Source: an uncultured delta proteobacterium
GTDB taxonomy: Bacteria; Desulfobacterota; RBG-13-43-22
Assembly (NCBI GenBank): GCA_963743305.1
Contig: CAVUPH010000033.1
Location: 86,569 to 150,568 of the forward strand
Length of the DNA stretch: 64,000 bases
Direction: 5' to 3'
The translations under genes and the position numbers were made by a program. Below the pieces are notes generated by a model. The model ran no database searches, was not told where the DNA came from, and worked only from the letters and a program-made list of their open reading frames with translations. Positions 10,128-20,288 of the stretch are shown piece by piece (the stretch's first letter is position 1; every line of letters starts with the position of its first letter).

Positions 10128-11036
10128 GTGGACCTCCGCGTGTCCGGCCCAAAAATTTTTATTGTCATCGTAAACTGGAATTCGCCACAGGAGACGTTGG
10201 CCTGCGTCCATTCATTAGCCAAATCTTCCTACCGTAATTTCGAAATAGTCCTGGTGGATAATGCCTCCTCGGACCATTCCGTAAGATGGTTTAAACAAGA
10301 ACTTTCTCCTGTTGTCCTCTTGACTTCTGCCGTCAATTTAGGATATGCCGGTGGAAACAATATCGGGATACAGTATGCCCTGCAGCATCAAGCCGATTAT
10401 ATCCTTCTGTTGAACAACGACACGGAGGTTCATTCTAACCTGCTTGAAATGATGGTCTGGGCCGCCCAGGAAGGGCCCGGGTTCGGCATTTTAGGGCCGG
10501 CGATCTATTATTTTGATGAACCAAGTCGGATATGGGGGTTGGGAAGCAGATATAAATGGTGGTCCCCGATCCCCATCGATGTTGGACGAAATAAAGTAAA
10601 TAGAGGTCGATACCAGGAATTTTTTGAAGCGGATTACGTGACCGGGTGCGCCATGTGGATTAAGGCCACGGTGTTTGCCCAAATCGGGTTTTTGGACGAA
10701 AGCTTCTTTATGTATTATGAAGACGCGGAATTCTGCCACCGGGCGCGAAAGGCGGGAATTCATATCGGAGTGGTCCCCGGAGGAACGGTTTTCCATAAGG
10801 CTTCACGGAGTTCGAGATCGTTTCGCGGGGAAGCCCTCTATTATCAAACCAGAAATCGTTTCATTTTCTATAATCGGCTGGCCAAAGGGCCAAGGAAAGC
10901 AATGGTTAACCTATTCTTGGGGCTAAAAATCCTGCGGCTGGGTATGACCTTCCTATCCGACCGCGGGGCATTGGGTTTATTCTGGCACGGCCTCGGAGAT
11001 GGCCTGAAAAGGAAAACGGGTAAAAGGGTGAAATAA
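10128..11036 (+). CDS. Glycosyltransferase family 2 (rhamnosyltransferase-like)
   Basis: IVIVNWN, VDNASSD, NLGYAGGNN, LLNND and FFMYYEDAEF motifs. Confidence 0.9.
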   Translation: MDLRVSGPKIFIVIVNWNSPQETLACVHSLAKSSYRNFEIVLVDNASSDHSVRWFKQELSPVVLLTSAVNLGYAGGNNIGIQYALQHQADYILLLNNDTEVHSNLLEMMVWAAQEGPGFGILGPAIYYFDEPSRIWGLGSRYKWWSPIPIDVGRNKVNRGRYQEFFEADYVTGCAMWIKATVFAQIGFLDESFFMYYEDAEFCHRARKAGIHIGVVPGGTVFHKASRSSRSFRGEALYYQTRNRFIFYNRLAKGPRKAMVNLFLGLKILRLGMTFLSDRGALGLFWHGLGDGLKRKTGKRVK

Positions 11037-11208
11037 AAAGTATGCTGATCTCACCCTATGCCAACCCGGTTAACTTCGGACTGTGGATGCCGTTTGCCTG
11101 TTTGCGCTGCGCCGGGCCTCACCAGCGCGCGATATTCTTGCCCCGAGCGAACGAAATGTCCTCCTTCCTGCTGTTCGATCCCCTAGATCGCTACGAACGG
11201 TCTTTTGT

Positions 11209-12165
11209 ATGAAGATCATTCCTTGCCCTCTTTGTTCTTCCTCAGCAGATCTCCCCGTCGCGGAGGTGTATGACCGTTTAATGGGCATTTCTGGCCGGTT
11301 CACTATGGTTCGCTGCCCTTCCTGTGATTTACATTTTCTTAATCCGCAGCCCACCAGGGAGGAATTGGCGCCTTATTATCCCCAGGCGTATGATCCTTAT
11401 GAGACCCCTCTACCTGATCAGTTATCCTGGATAAAGCGACTGCTGGTTCGTTATGGATTTTACAAGCGTTGTAAAGAGGTCTTGAGATATAAAGGCCAGG
11501 GACGGCTATTGGAAATTGGTTGTGCCAAGGGCCTGTTTTTGCAGGCTATGAGCCAAAAGGGGCTTTGGGATCTTTATGGGGTCGAGACGAGTGAGTATGC
11601 TACAACGTTTGCTCGAAGGGAACTGCGGCTGAATGTTTTTCATGGATCGGTTGAAGAAGCCCGGTTCCCTGACGGGTATTTTGACGTAGTCGTAATGTGG
11701 GATGTCTTGGAACATGTGCATGACCCAAAGAAAACCCTTCAAGAGATCCTCCGCACCCTTAAGTCCGATGGTGTATTGATCTTCAGGCTGCCGCTACTCG
11801 GCAGTTGGGATCAAAAGTTATTGGGTCCCTATTGGGCCGGGTGGGACGCTCCCCGTCATCTGACCCTTTTCTCTAAGCTTACCATAGAAAGGATGCTTAT
11901 TGATGCCGGTTTTCGAGTAAAAGGCATGTCCTGCATCTCGGGCAGTTACCCGGCTTTTGCCTTAGGGGTGCGTTTCTGGGTTCGCGAACGCCTTTCTTCC
12001 AAGGGCCAAAAAATGGTCCAAGGTGTGCTGGAATCCTGGGCTGTTCGATTATTGGTTGCTCCTTTTTTCTTTTTCGTTGATCGTATGGTCAAGGGAACGG
12101 TCGTGACAGTCGTTGCCCTGCCTGCCAATAAAACCCAGCTTCCCCTGTCACGACAGGGAAATTGA
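11209..12165 (+). CDS. Class I SAM-dependent methyltransferase with N-terminal zinc ribbon
   Basis: CPLC...CPSC; LLEIGCAKG; WDVLEHVHDP; PRHL. Confidence 0.85.
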   Translation: MKIIPCPLCSSSADLPVAEVYDRLMGISGRFTMVRCPSCDLHFLNPQPTREELAPYYPQAYDPYETPLPDQLSWIKRLLVRYGFYKRCKEVLRYKGQGRLLEIGCAKGLFLQAMSQKGLWDLYGVETSEYATTFARRELRLNVFHGSVEEARFPDGYFDVVVMWDVLEHVHDPKKTLQEILRTLKSDGVLIFRLPLLGSWDQKLLGPYWAGWDAPRHLTLFSKLTIERMLIDAGFRVKGMSCISGSYPAFALGVRFWVRERLSSKGQKMVQGVLESWAVRLLVAPFFFFVDRMVKGTVVTVVALPANKTQLPLSRQGN

Positions 12166-12203
12166 TAATCTAATCGGTTCAGGAAAAAGTAAGGGAATTC
12201 GAA

Positions 12204-12989
12204 TTGGACGAACAGAATGAGAAAAAACAGACGCGGCAGGAAACATTTCACCTTGGGCGACTTATTGAATTGCGGAGTAGTAAGGTCGAAACTTCCACCG
12301 ATTGCCTGTCGGCCTATGATCAGTTACACGAACAGGGCGGCCTTCAGCAAAGGGACTCATTTTATAAGTGGTTATTGAGTCTTTTGCCCCTCTGCCCGGA
12401 GAAACAACTACTGGATATATCTTGCGGCAGAGGGAAATTATTGCACTTTGCCAAGGAGGCAAGGCTCAAAACAACCGGGATTGACCTTTCTCCCGCAGCG
12501 GTTTTCGCCACTTCCCTGCTAGTGCCCCGTTCCAATTTAACCGTTGCCAACGCGGAAAATCTACCCTTTAAGAAAGACCTTTTTCATTATGTAACCAACA
12601 TCGGAAGCCTGGAGCATTATTTCAATCCTGCCCGGGCCATCAAGGAAATGACCCGGGTCATGGCTCCCACCGGACTGGCCTTAGTCTTGCTTCCCAACAC
12701 TTTTGGTTTTTTAGGAAATATCTTTCATGTTTGGCGCACCGGTGACGTTTTTGACGACGGCCAACCCTTGCAACGTTACGGAACTCCCCTACAATGGAGT
12801 ACCTTACTACAAGAAAATGGGTTGCGGGTCATCCGGGTCATTAAATACGAAAGGGAATTCCCCAGAACCTGGAGGGATGGGTGTTGGTATCTATGGCACC
12901 CTCATAAACTGGTTCGGGTTTTTCTGTCTTTTCTGATCCCTGTAAATTTTGCCAGTTTTTTAGTGTACCTGTGCCAAAAAGCCGATTAA
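12204..12989 (+). CDS. Class I SAM-dependent methyltransferase
   Basis: LLDISCGRG, AENLPF and GSLEH motifs. Confidence 0.85.
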   Translation: MDEQNEKKQTRQETFHLGRLIELRSSKVETSTDCLSAYDQLHEQGGLQQRDSFYKWLLSLLPLCPEKQLLDISCGRGKLLHFAKEARLKTTGIDLSPAAVFATSLLVPRSNLTVANAENLPFKKDLFHYVTNIGSLEHYFNPARAIKEMTRVMAPTGLALVLLPNTFGFLGNIFHVWRTGDVFDDGQPLQRYGTPLQWSTLLQENGLRVIRVIKYEREFPRTWRDGCWYLWHPHKLVRVFLSFLIPVNFASFLVYLCQKAD

Positions 12990-13060
12990 CCCGGAACAGG
13001 CCATGTGTATTCTGAACCTTGAGTCGAAATTTAAACGGTTTACAAATAGAGGTCTATGGA

Positions 13061-14114
13061 ATGAATGAACCTATTGTAGCCTGGATGAAGGTAAGCGTCA
13101 GGAAAATATTTTTATTTCGACTAATTACCTTCATTCGCGGCACTACTTTTAAAAAAATTATCAATCTGATTTTAACAAAAATACAGTGTCGGCTGAGAAT
13201 GGAAAGGGCAATGGGAATGCCTATTGAATATGTTATTGACCCAATAAACCAATGCAATTTGGAATGTCCCTTATGCCCTACGGGATTAAAAATATCAGGT
13301 CGAAAACTCGGCCAACAAAATCTGGAATCCTTCAAAAAACTGATTGATCAAATCGCTCCCCATGCGTATCGCATTGAATTATATAATTGGGGGGAGCCAC
13401 TTACTTCATCCGAATATTTTTGAGATGATTGCTTATGCCACGGCCCGTAAGGTTGCCGTAGGATTAAGTACCAATTTGAACCGCTTAAACCCTGGATTGG
13501 CGAGGAAATTAATCGAGTCCGGATTGGCCCAGATGATTGTATCTATCGATGGGTCAACCCAACAAACTTACGGAGAATATCGAAAACGTGGTAATTTGGA
13601 CCAGGTTCTAACGAATTTAAGGCTGCTAATTGAGGAAAGGAAACGTCTTCAAAAGAAAGGCCCCTTTATAATCTGGAGGATGCTTATTGGAAAGCATAAT
13701 GAAAATGAGATAACGGATGTCGCGAAAATGGCCAAAGAGATCGGAGTGGATGGGTTCATGACCGGGGGGCTGTTTATAAATACTGAAAATCCTGATCATA
13801 TTGCCCGATGGATTCCAACTATTCCAAAATATAACCCCTATTTCAAAAAGGATAAATTGGAAAATACCTGGGATTGTCGTGATTTGTGGGAAACTATGGT
13901 TATTAATTGGGACGGGGGAGTTTCACCTTGTTGCTGGCCCCATAAAGCGCAACACGATTTCGGCAATATATTTGAAAAGACGGTAGTCGAAATCTGGAAA
14001 GGAGCTAAATTTACTAGCGCCCGACGTCAAATAGGGAAAAAGAAAAGAACCCCAAACGATCCTCAAACGCTATGTCATATCTGTAAAAGCCATCCGCGCT
14101 ATTTGACGTATTGA
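13061..14114 (+). CDS. Radical SAM/SPASM (twitch) protein, +1 frameshift near 13402
   Basis: CNLECPLC, then NWGEPL/LHPNIFEMI in the next frame; C-terminal C...WDGGVSPCC...GN...CHIC. Confidence 0.82.
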
Positions 14115-14158
14115 CTTGCACCAGCTTATCCCTCTTCTTCCCGAGGATTCCCAAAAGA

Positions 14159-15595
14159 TTACGGTAAATACTTTTTCCCTTGAACAAAAATTCTGAGTAC
14201 GCCTTTAAAATTATTCCACAAATGGAGCCAATTTCTGGCATTGGTCAAACGGTTAAAGTTCATTCCGAGGTTGAAAATGTTGTGGGCAGTTAATTCCACC
14301 GAGCGTCTGAAACGGGACCACAAGTATTGAAGTTCCTGGTCCGAAAGCCCACTTAAATTATAAAAAATGGTGGCCTCTTCGGGTTTGTCCGGGTCCGAAC
14401 TAAACGCCTGATCCCAATCCAGAATAGTATTCTTATCCACGTATTTATCGTAGAATTCGGTCCCGGGGTAGGGCGTGACAATATTTAAAGTGACCCGTTC
14501 AGGTCGAATTCGAAGGGCCAAGTCTATGGATTCCTGAACGGTTGCGGCAGTTTCTCCCGGAGTTCCGATCATAAAACAGGCACATCGACGAAGCCCTGCT
14601 TGGCGAGTCACCTCAAAAGCCCGAATTATTTCATCGTGAGTTATTCTTTTTCTTAGCGTATTTAGTATCTTCGGTGACCCTGACTCCACTCCCATGTACA
14701 ACATCGAGCAACCGGCCTCTTTCATCATTCGAGCGGTCTCATAATCTATCAATTTAACCGTGGAAGAGCACACCCAACGGATCTTGTTTAAACCCCTCGA
14801 ATGGATTCCCTGACAGAATTCAGTCAGCCGATCCTTCCGCAATGTAGTTAACTCGTCAGCAAATTCAAACCCATAAACATTAAAACGATCGACTACTTCT
14901 TCAATCTCGTCCAAGACGTTCTTGGCGCTGCGCATGGCGCAAAAATGTCCCCCCCAAACGGCAGCCGTTGAACAGAAAGCACAATTGTTCGGGCAGCCCC
15001 GCGCACTATAAATCATTGTTTTTCTTCTTATTCGCGGTGGGAAGGCCAATCCCGCCTTGTAGATGTGCATAGGCATCAAGTCCCTGGCTGGAAAAGGAAG
15101 GTTGTCCAGATTAAGGATGCGCTGACCTTGGCCTTGATGAACGATTTCCCCATTCTTTCGTATAGTGGTCCCCAAAACCCCTTCCAAGGATTCGCCCGAG
15201 TTCCACCGTTTGATAATTTCTAAAAAGGCGTATTCGCCCTCATTGCGAACGACTACGTCAACAGCCGGGTCCTTAATGACTTCATCGGGACAGACAGTGG
15301 CATGGACACCCCCTATGGCAACTTTAACCCGGGGAAAAAAGCTTTTAGCCGCCGCGGCCAATTTCAGAGCGTTTTTGGCCGTAACGGTCATCATGGTTAG
15401 CCCGACCACATCGGGAGCCGCCTCTTTGATGTAGGTGATGGTCTGCTCCATGGTTAACCTTAAGGAACAGGCATCTAAAAGCTGGATATCGGCATAACCT
15501 TCTTCTCGGAGTACGGATGCCAGGTATCCAAAGCCTAACGGTTGCGAGGGGGTATTCGCTTTGGGCAAGGGCGGGGCAATAAAAAGGATTTTCAT
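14159..15595 (-). CDS. Cobalamin-binding radical SAM protein (putative methyltransferase)
   Basis: PLGFGYLAS and GGVHAT B12-binding domain; SARGCPNNCAFC; GVESGS; FMIGTPGET. Confidence 0.9.
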   Translation of the reverse strand: MKILFIAPPLPKANTPSQPLGFGYLASVLREEGYADIQLLDACSLRLTMEQTITYIKEAAPDVVGLTMMTVTAKNALKLAAAAKSFFPRVKVAIGGVHATVCPDEVIKDPAVDVVVRNEGEYAFLEIIKRWNSGESLEGVLGTTIRKNGEIVHQGQGQRILNLDNLPFPARDLMPMHIYKAGLAFPPRIRRKTMIYSARGCPNNCAFCSTAAVWGGHFCAMRSAKNVLDEIEEVVDRFNVYGFEFADELTTLRKDRLTEFCQGIHSRGLNKIRWVCSSTVKLIDYETARMMKEAGCSMLYMGVESGSPKILNTLRKRITHDEIIRAFEVTRQAGLRRCACFMIGTPGETAATVQESIDLALRIRPERVTLNIVTPYPGTEFYDKYVDKNTILDWDQAFSSDPDKPEEATIFYNLSGLSDQELQYLWSRFRRSVELTAHNIFNLGMNFNRLTNARNWLHLWNNFKGVLRIFVQGKKYLP

Positions 15596-15649
15596 ATTCT
15601 TACGTTATGGTCATTTTATCCGGGCGAGGAACTGCAGAGAGAACGAAAT

Positions 15650-15687
15650 AAAAAGGAGACGCCAATATCCATGGCGCCCCCTTTTTT
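15650..15687. terminator. Intrinsic terminator, probably bidirectional
   Basis: aaaaaggagacgcca-loop-tggcgcccccttttt hairpin with A and T flanks, downstream of the surface-protein gene. Confidence 0.6.
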
Positions 15688-15720
15688 AGATTGAAAGGAA
15701 ATTTTAGCTAGCTATGGCAA

Positions 15721-17058
15721 TTAATTGTTTGAGGCATCATAGCCGTAAAACTGGTCTCCGGCTAATGCGGTGTTGATTTCATTAACGATAGCGGCAATTT
15801 TACAACCTACCCCAGTACCGGTAATGGTTGCCGACCCGACATATTGGGGACTGGCAAATTGGCCGGAATTCTGGATAAAGGTAGCAGAATCTCCCGGAGC
15901 TAGACCATTAGCCACATCATTGGCCGGAGAAAATGAGGTTCCCGGGCTGTAAGCAATGGTGACATCGCAGGGAGCCGTTCCGACGTTCTGGACCTGAAGC
16001 CCGGTATAGAAACCGCTGTTATTGGCCATGATTAATGGAGCCAGCGCGCTGACCGTAGCTCCACTGGGGTTGAAGCCTTCATATGCGTTCCCCACACCTG
16101 CGGATCCGATTTGATTGACGATGGCGACTAAGTTGTTGCCGCCCGAGTTGGAGACGACAGCCCCGCCGACATATTTTTGGGTCCATTGGCCGGTATTGTG
16201 CAGTTTTGTGCAGGAGGCCCCGGGCGCAAGATCAGGACAGGTTTCATCTGCCGGGGAAAAAGCCGCCCGTGTTGGGTGAATATTTTATCGTTACATTCGT
16301 GGCGGTGGCCCCGGTGTTCTGAACCTGTACCCCGGTATAAAAACCACCGTTATTGGCCATAATTAGAGGCAGGTTAACGTCAGTTGAACCACTGGAAAAA
16401 CCATTATAGCCTAAAAGGACTTTGAGCCCCCCCTGGCCGACCTGCATGACCGTAGCTACTATGGGCGTTCCCCCGGTGCTGGTTACGGTAGCCGAGCCGA
16501 CGAAACCGGCCGGCAAAGCAGCGTTGGTGGCCTGATCGAAGGTTTTAGCCGCTCCGGGAAGGATGGTGGCCGTCTCGGTGGTTGCTGGATCGGTGCTGTA
16601 GGTTACCGTAACATCCGTGCTGGCCGTCCCTGTGTTTTGAACGTTGAACCAGGTGTCGAACCCCGAATTCCCTTTCATCAGCAGGGGCAGGCTGATACTG
16701 GAGGAGCCCGAAGAAAATCCGTTGGTAGAGGCTCCGTAGGTAGGGAAATCCCCCAACGGTGTTGACAATAGCCACGACCTGCTGGTCGGACTCGATGATC
16801 ACGGAACCATTAAAACCAGAAGGAGCATCGATGGGAAAGTAGGTTTTTGAACTATTGGCCCAGAATGGTGTCCGTTGGACTGTTCACCACATTTCCAGCC
16901 TGGTCAATGTACTTGATTAGGATGTTGGCGGTCGTGGCGCTCAAATTCTGAACCTGAAAACCTGAAGAATAAGTAATGGCGTTAACCGGATTGCCCATCG
17001 ACAACAATACGAACACTCCCAAGAAAACGATGGCTGAAATTTGGCTGACTTTTTTCAT
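15721..17058 (-). CDS. Secreted four-repeat beta-rich surface/S-layer-like protein (about 444 aa after removing three +1 frameshifts)
   Basis: Signal peptide ending VNA; four repeats of about 105 aa with VQN...Y...GS/GG...VAIVN; single-base insertions near 16860, 16757 and 16253 restore one ORF. Confidence 0.8.
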
Positions 17059-17107
17059 ACACGGCTCCTTCCCTTTTTTGAAATTAGACTAGAGAATTTA
17101 GTTGTTG

Positions 17108-17136
17108 ATTTTGGTATTATTTAATAATTTTGTCAA
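17108..17136 (-). promoter_or_regulatory. Sigma70-like promoter for the surface-protein gene
   Basis: TTGACA-17 nt-CAAAAT on the minus strand in an AT-rich region. Confidence 0.45.
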
Positions 17137-17552
17137 TATAAAAAATAGGCTTGTTTAATCAAGATAATTATTAATTTCGTTTCAACATAGATGTTATCGG
17201 CCAGATAATGAAAAAGTTAAGTCTTCTTTTCTCCTTTCTTTGTCAAAAAGAATAAAGCGGATTTTATAAAAACAAAATGGGGTAAACCATGTATTTTGGT
17301 TCGCCAAACAACCTAATTTGTCGGGTTAAAATAGGACTTCGGAATCTACCGGTCTTCATTTCCCGCTTTCAGGTTTTGCAAAAAGCCTTAAGCGATTACA
17401 ACTGGCCATGGCGAACAGGAACAAGATATTGTGGTCTAAGTCTTCCTTAGACCCTCCATTTGGTGTCGGCCTTTGGGGAGGAAGGCCGGCCTCCCTGGCC
17501 GGCCGGTAACGAAAAACCTCTCTGAAAACAGCGAAGCCCTCCCCAGCAAAAG

Positions 17553-17819
17553 TCAGAGTTCCAATACGAGGTCCGATTTAGGGAGGGCCACGCAGGGGAG
17601 AATCAGGTTATGGCCAGGTGGTTCTTCGTCCAGACCGTCATCCACCTCCATGAATACTTCACCGGAAAGCAGCTTCACTTTGCAGGACCCGCAAACCCCC
17701 ACATGGCATTCGTTTTCAAGGTGTATTCCGTGTTCTTCCGCGAAATCCATAATATTTTCAAAACGTTCATCCCATTTCAGGACTTTCCCGCTTTTTTTGA
17801 ATTCAATGGTATAAGTCAC
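17553..17819 (-). CDS. 2Fe-2S ferredoxin
   Basis: CHVGVCGSC...ILPC motif. Confidence 0.85.
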   Translation of the reverse strand: MTYTIEFKKSGKVLKWDERFENIMDFAEEHGIHLENECHVGVCGSCKVKLLSGEVFMEVDDGLDEEPPGHNLILPCVALPKSDLVLEL

Positions 17820-17872
17820 GGGGTCAGGTTCCTTTCGTTAGAGACAGATTCTCGGAACAATGGAATAAGCAC

Positions 17873-18061
17873 CTAAGTTCCGGCCGGCCGAGTAAAAAAA
17901 TTAACCAGAAAATTGCATTCCTTAGGCGAAAGGTCAAAGTGTTTTCCCGCCTCATCGATCAATTCGATCAGGGGAGGCGGTGAATTCAACTCCCGTTGTT
18001 CGCTGATCCAACGAATGGCCCGTCTGAGAAGCTCGCCTTCGGGTAAATCCGGGTGTGTCAT
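17873..18061 (-). CDS. Small hypothetical protein
   Basis: 62 aa ORF (PEGELLRRAIRWISE...FDLSPKEC) with a GGAGG ribosome-binding site. Confidence 0.6.
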   Translation of the reverse strand: MTHPDLPEGELLRRAIRWISEQRELNSPPPLIELIDEAGKHFDLSPKECNFLVNFFTRPAGT

Positions 18062-18253
18062 AGGGGGGGTAACCTCCGGGTATATTGACCTAATCGGCCA
18101 TAAAAACGAATAGATAATACCGAATTCAGAATGTTGATGGGGCTGGGACGACTTTGGTCGATCCGCCCGGGGAGGCCGGATCCTCTCCGGCCCTATCTTT
18201 TCAGGTTGCGCGGGAGCCCGCCCGCTGCTGAAAGCGTCACTATCTTAATTTTT

Positions 18254-18282
18254 ATTATAGTGGAAATCAGGGAACAGGTCAA
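18254..18282 (-). promoter_or_regulatory. Sigma70 promoter (leftward)
   Basis: TTGACC-17 nt-TATAAT on the minus strand. Confidence 0.65.
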
Positions 18283-18302
18283 TAAAACAACTTCTTTTAA
18301 GG

Positions 18303-18331
18303 TTGACAGACTGAGAGTTGATTATTAGTTT
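18303..18331 (+). promoter_or_regulatory. Sigma70 promoter for sod (rightward)
   Basis: TTGACA-17 nt-TAGTTT. Confidence 0.55.
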
Positions 18332-18475
18332 TATTACATTTAATAAGGCTTAGGTAGTTATACCGGCCTATGATCGACGGCGGATCGTTTTTAGCTATAA
18401 CCGGCCCAATCGGGATGGCGGCTGACAATCGACCGGTCAATCCTGCCGGGCCCCAACCTAAAAGGAGGTAAAAGT

Positions 18476-19054
18476 ATGTCTTATGCAGCCAAGGATTTCT
18501 CCAAGTTGATCGGTATGGAAGGATTCAGTGAAACCCTCTTGAAGAACCATTTTACCCTGTACCAGGGTTATGTGACCAACACCAACAAGGTCCTGGATAC
18601 CCTGAGCCAGATGCTCAAAGACGACAAGGCCGGCAGCTACGAATTCGCCGAATTAAAAAGGAGGCTGGGCTGGGAATTCAACGGGATGAGACTCCATGAA
18701 TATTATTTTGAAAACCTGGGTGGGAAGGGCGGCCTGAACCAGGGAGGAAAGCTGGCCAAGAAGTTAGTCGAGGACTTCGGCGGCTACGAGGCTTGGGAGA
18801 AGGATTTTAAAGCCACCGGTGCGATGCGGGGTATCGGCTGGGTGGTCCTTTACCAGGACCCGGCCAATGGGAAGCTGGTTAATTTTTGGATCAACGAGCA
18901 CGATGTCTCCCACCCGGTCGGCGGCAATCCCCTTTTAATCCTGGATGTCTTTGAGCATGCCTTCATGATCGATTATGGGCTGAAACGTGCGGATTATCTC
19001 GAGGCCTTTATAAAAAATATTCACTGGGGTGCCGTGGAAGCTCGCTTGAAGTAA
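18476..19054 (+). CDS. Fe/Mn superoxide dismutase
   Basis: NHFTLYQGYV, LHEYYF and LDVFEHAF metal-ligand motifs; AAGGAGG ribosome-binding site. Confidence 0.9.
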   Translation: MSYAAKDFSKLIGMEGFSETLLKNHFTLYQGYVTNTNKVLDTLSQMLKDDKAGSYEFAELKRRLGWEFNGMRLHEYYFENLGGKGGLNQGGKLAKKLVEDFGGYEAWEKDFKATGAMRGIGWVVLYQDPANGKLVNFWINEHDVSHPVGGNPLLILDVFEHAFMIDYGLKRADYLEAFIKNIHWGAVEARLK

Positions 19055-19095
19055 CCACCGAATGGTGACTTTCCCCCAATTGGGTGTCTAAAAAG

Positions 19096-19140
19096 TGCGT
19101 TGCCGTATCACCATCCGGTGATACGGGGCGCCTTTTTTTT
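19096..19140 (+). terminator. Intrinsic terminator after sod
   Basis: ccgtatcacc-atcc-ggtgatacgg stem followed by a T8 run. Confidence 0.7.
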
Positions 19141-19151
19141 GGTCAAAAGGC

Positions 19152-20288
19152 TCAGGTCCTCATCACCGTATCCGGATCGATGGTGGCCGCCCGCCAGGAA
19201 GGGATGATAGCGGCCGCCAGGTAGGGAATAACTGTGAGAAAAAAGAGGGTCACCACCTGGTAGGGATCGACAAAAGGGGTCAGTCGGTATTCCGGGTAAA
19301 GGATGGCCCAACCCTTCAACGCGTGTTCGAAAAGGACGGCCGAGGTGAAGAATACATGGGCATAGGCCAGGGTGAAACCCAATAAAAATGAAGAAAAGGC
19401 CAGGACCGTTCCTTCCCAAAACTTCATCAGCAGCACGTCCGAGGTCTCCCAGCCGAGGGCTTTCAAAATGCCGATTTCCCGCCTCTCCCCGGCGCTCAAG
19501 CCCGAGGCTTTTTCCCAGGCTAAGATGATGAAGGCCAGGGCCGAAGCCGTAAAAATAACCACGATCATCCCGCTCCGCCAGTCGAAAAGCGAGTCGTAGG
19601 TCCGCAGGATTTCGTCCCGGAGGATCGGCCGGGTGTCCGGCAGCAGTTCGCTAATTTTAAAAGCAATGGTGTTCCATTCCCGCGAATTGCTGACCCGAAG
19701 GGCAAAGTCGGTGACATAAGGAGAGGCCAGGCCAAAAAAACTTCGGAAATCCCGTTCGGAGAGTAAGATCAAGTCTGAACTGATCAGTTCCGATTCGGCG
19801 GCCAGGAGGCCTTTAACCTGGAAGATGGCCGGTTCTCCCCGGTAGTTGCGAAAGGAAAGGAGATCGCCCGGAAAGACCTGCCGGCTTCGTGATATCCCCG
19901 CTCCAATGAGGATTTCCCCTGCGGCCCAGGGCTTCCGGTTCGAGACCATTAAGGTGTAATTAGCCTTTACCGCGGGATCGTAATAGTAACCCCAAAGCCT
20001 CGGGGTCAAAGAGGTGACCCCGCGGATTTGACGGATTCTATCTGCATAGGCCAGAGGCATCAGGTCATGCCGGCCGGCAATCATCCGCTGGACCAATATC
20101 TCCGGCGTACCTTTCAGGATGAGGGCGGCTTCCTTTTTCAGGGCTTGGGTAAATAGGGTCACCGAACCCAGGAAGAAGACCACTGTCGTAAAGGTCAGTA
20201 CCAGGGCGATGTTTTTTCCCAGGCGACGTCTCAATGAGGAAAGGGTGAAGTCGATCAGGTTTCGTTGTTTTTCAATCCAGATTCGCAT
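19152..20288 (-). CDS. ABC transporter permease, FtsX/LolE-like
   Basis: N-terminal TM helix, periplasmic domain, ERREIGILKALGW, C-terminal PSWRAA. Confidence 0.85.
   Translation of the reverse strand: MRIWIEKQRNLIDFTLSSLRRRLGKNIALVLTFTTVVFFLGSVTLFTQALKKEAALILKGTPEILVQRMIAGRHDLMPLAYADRIRQIRGVTSLTPRLWGYYYDPAVKANYTLMVSNRKPWAAGEILIGAGISRSRQVFPGDLLSFRNYRGEPAIFQVKGLLAAESELISSDLILLSERDFRSFFGLASPYVTDFALRVSNSREWNTIAFKISELLPDTRPILRDEILRTYDSLFDWRSGMIVVIFTASALAFIILAWEKASGLSAGERREIGILKALGWETSDVLLMKFWEGTVLAFSSFLLGFTLAYAHVFFTSAVLFEHALKGWAILYPEYRLTPFVDPYQVVTLFFLTVIPYLAAAIIPSWRAATIDPDTVMRT

Noticed and set aside
11040-11208. Possible gene remnant or N-terminal extension before the first methyltransferase
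   Set aside because: Too short and without a diagnostic motif; ATG 11209 precedes the zinc ribbon directly.
18150-18230. SRP RNA-like start (cccgcgcaac) on the minus strand
   Set aside because: Lacks the conserved CAGG-GGAAG-AGCAG helix 8 motif.
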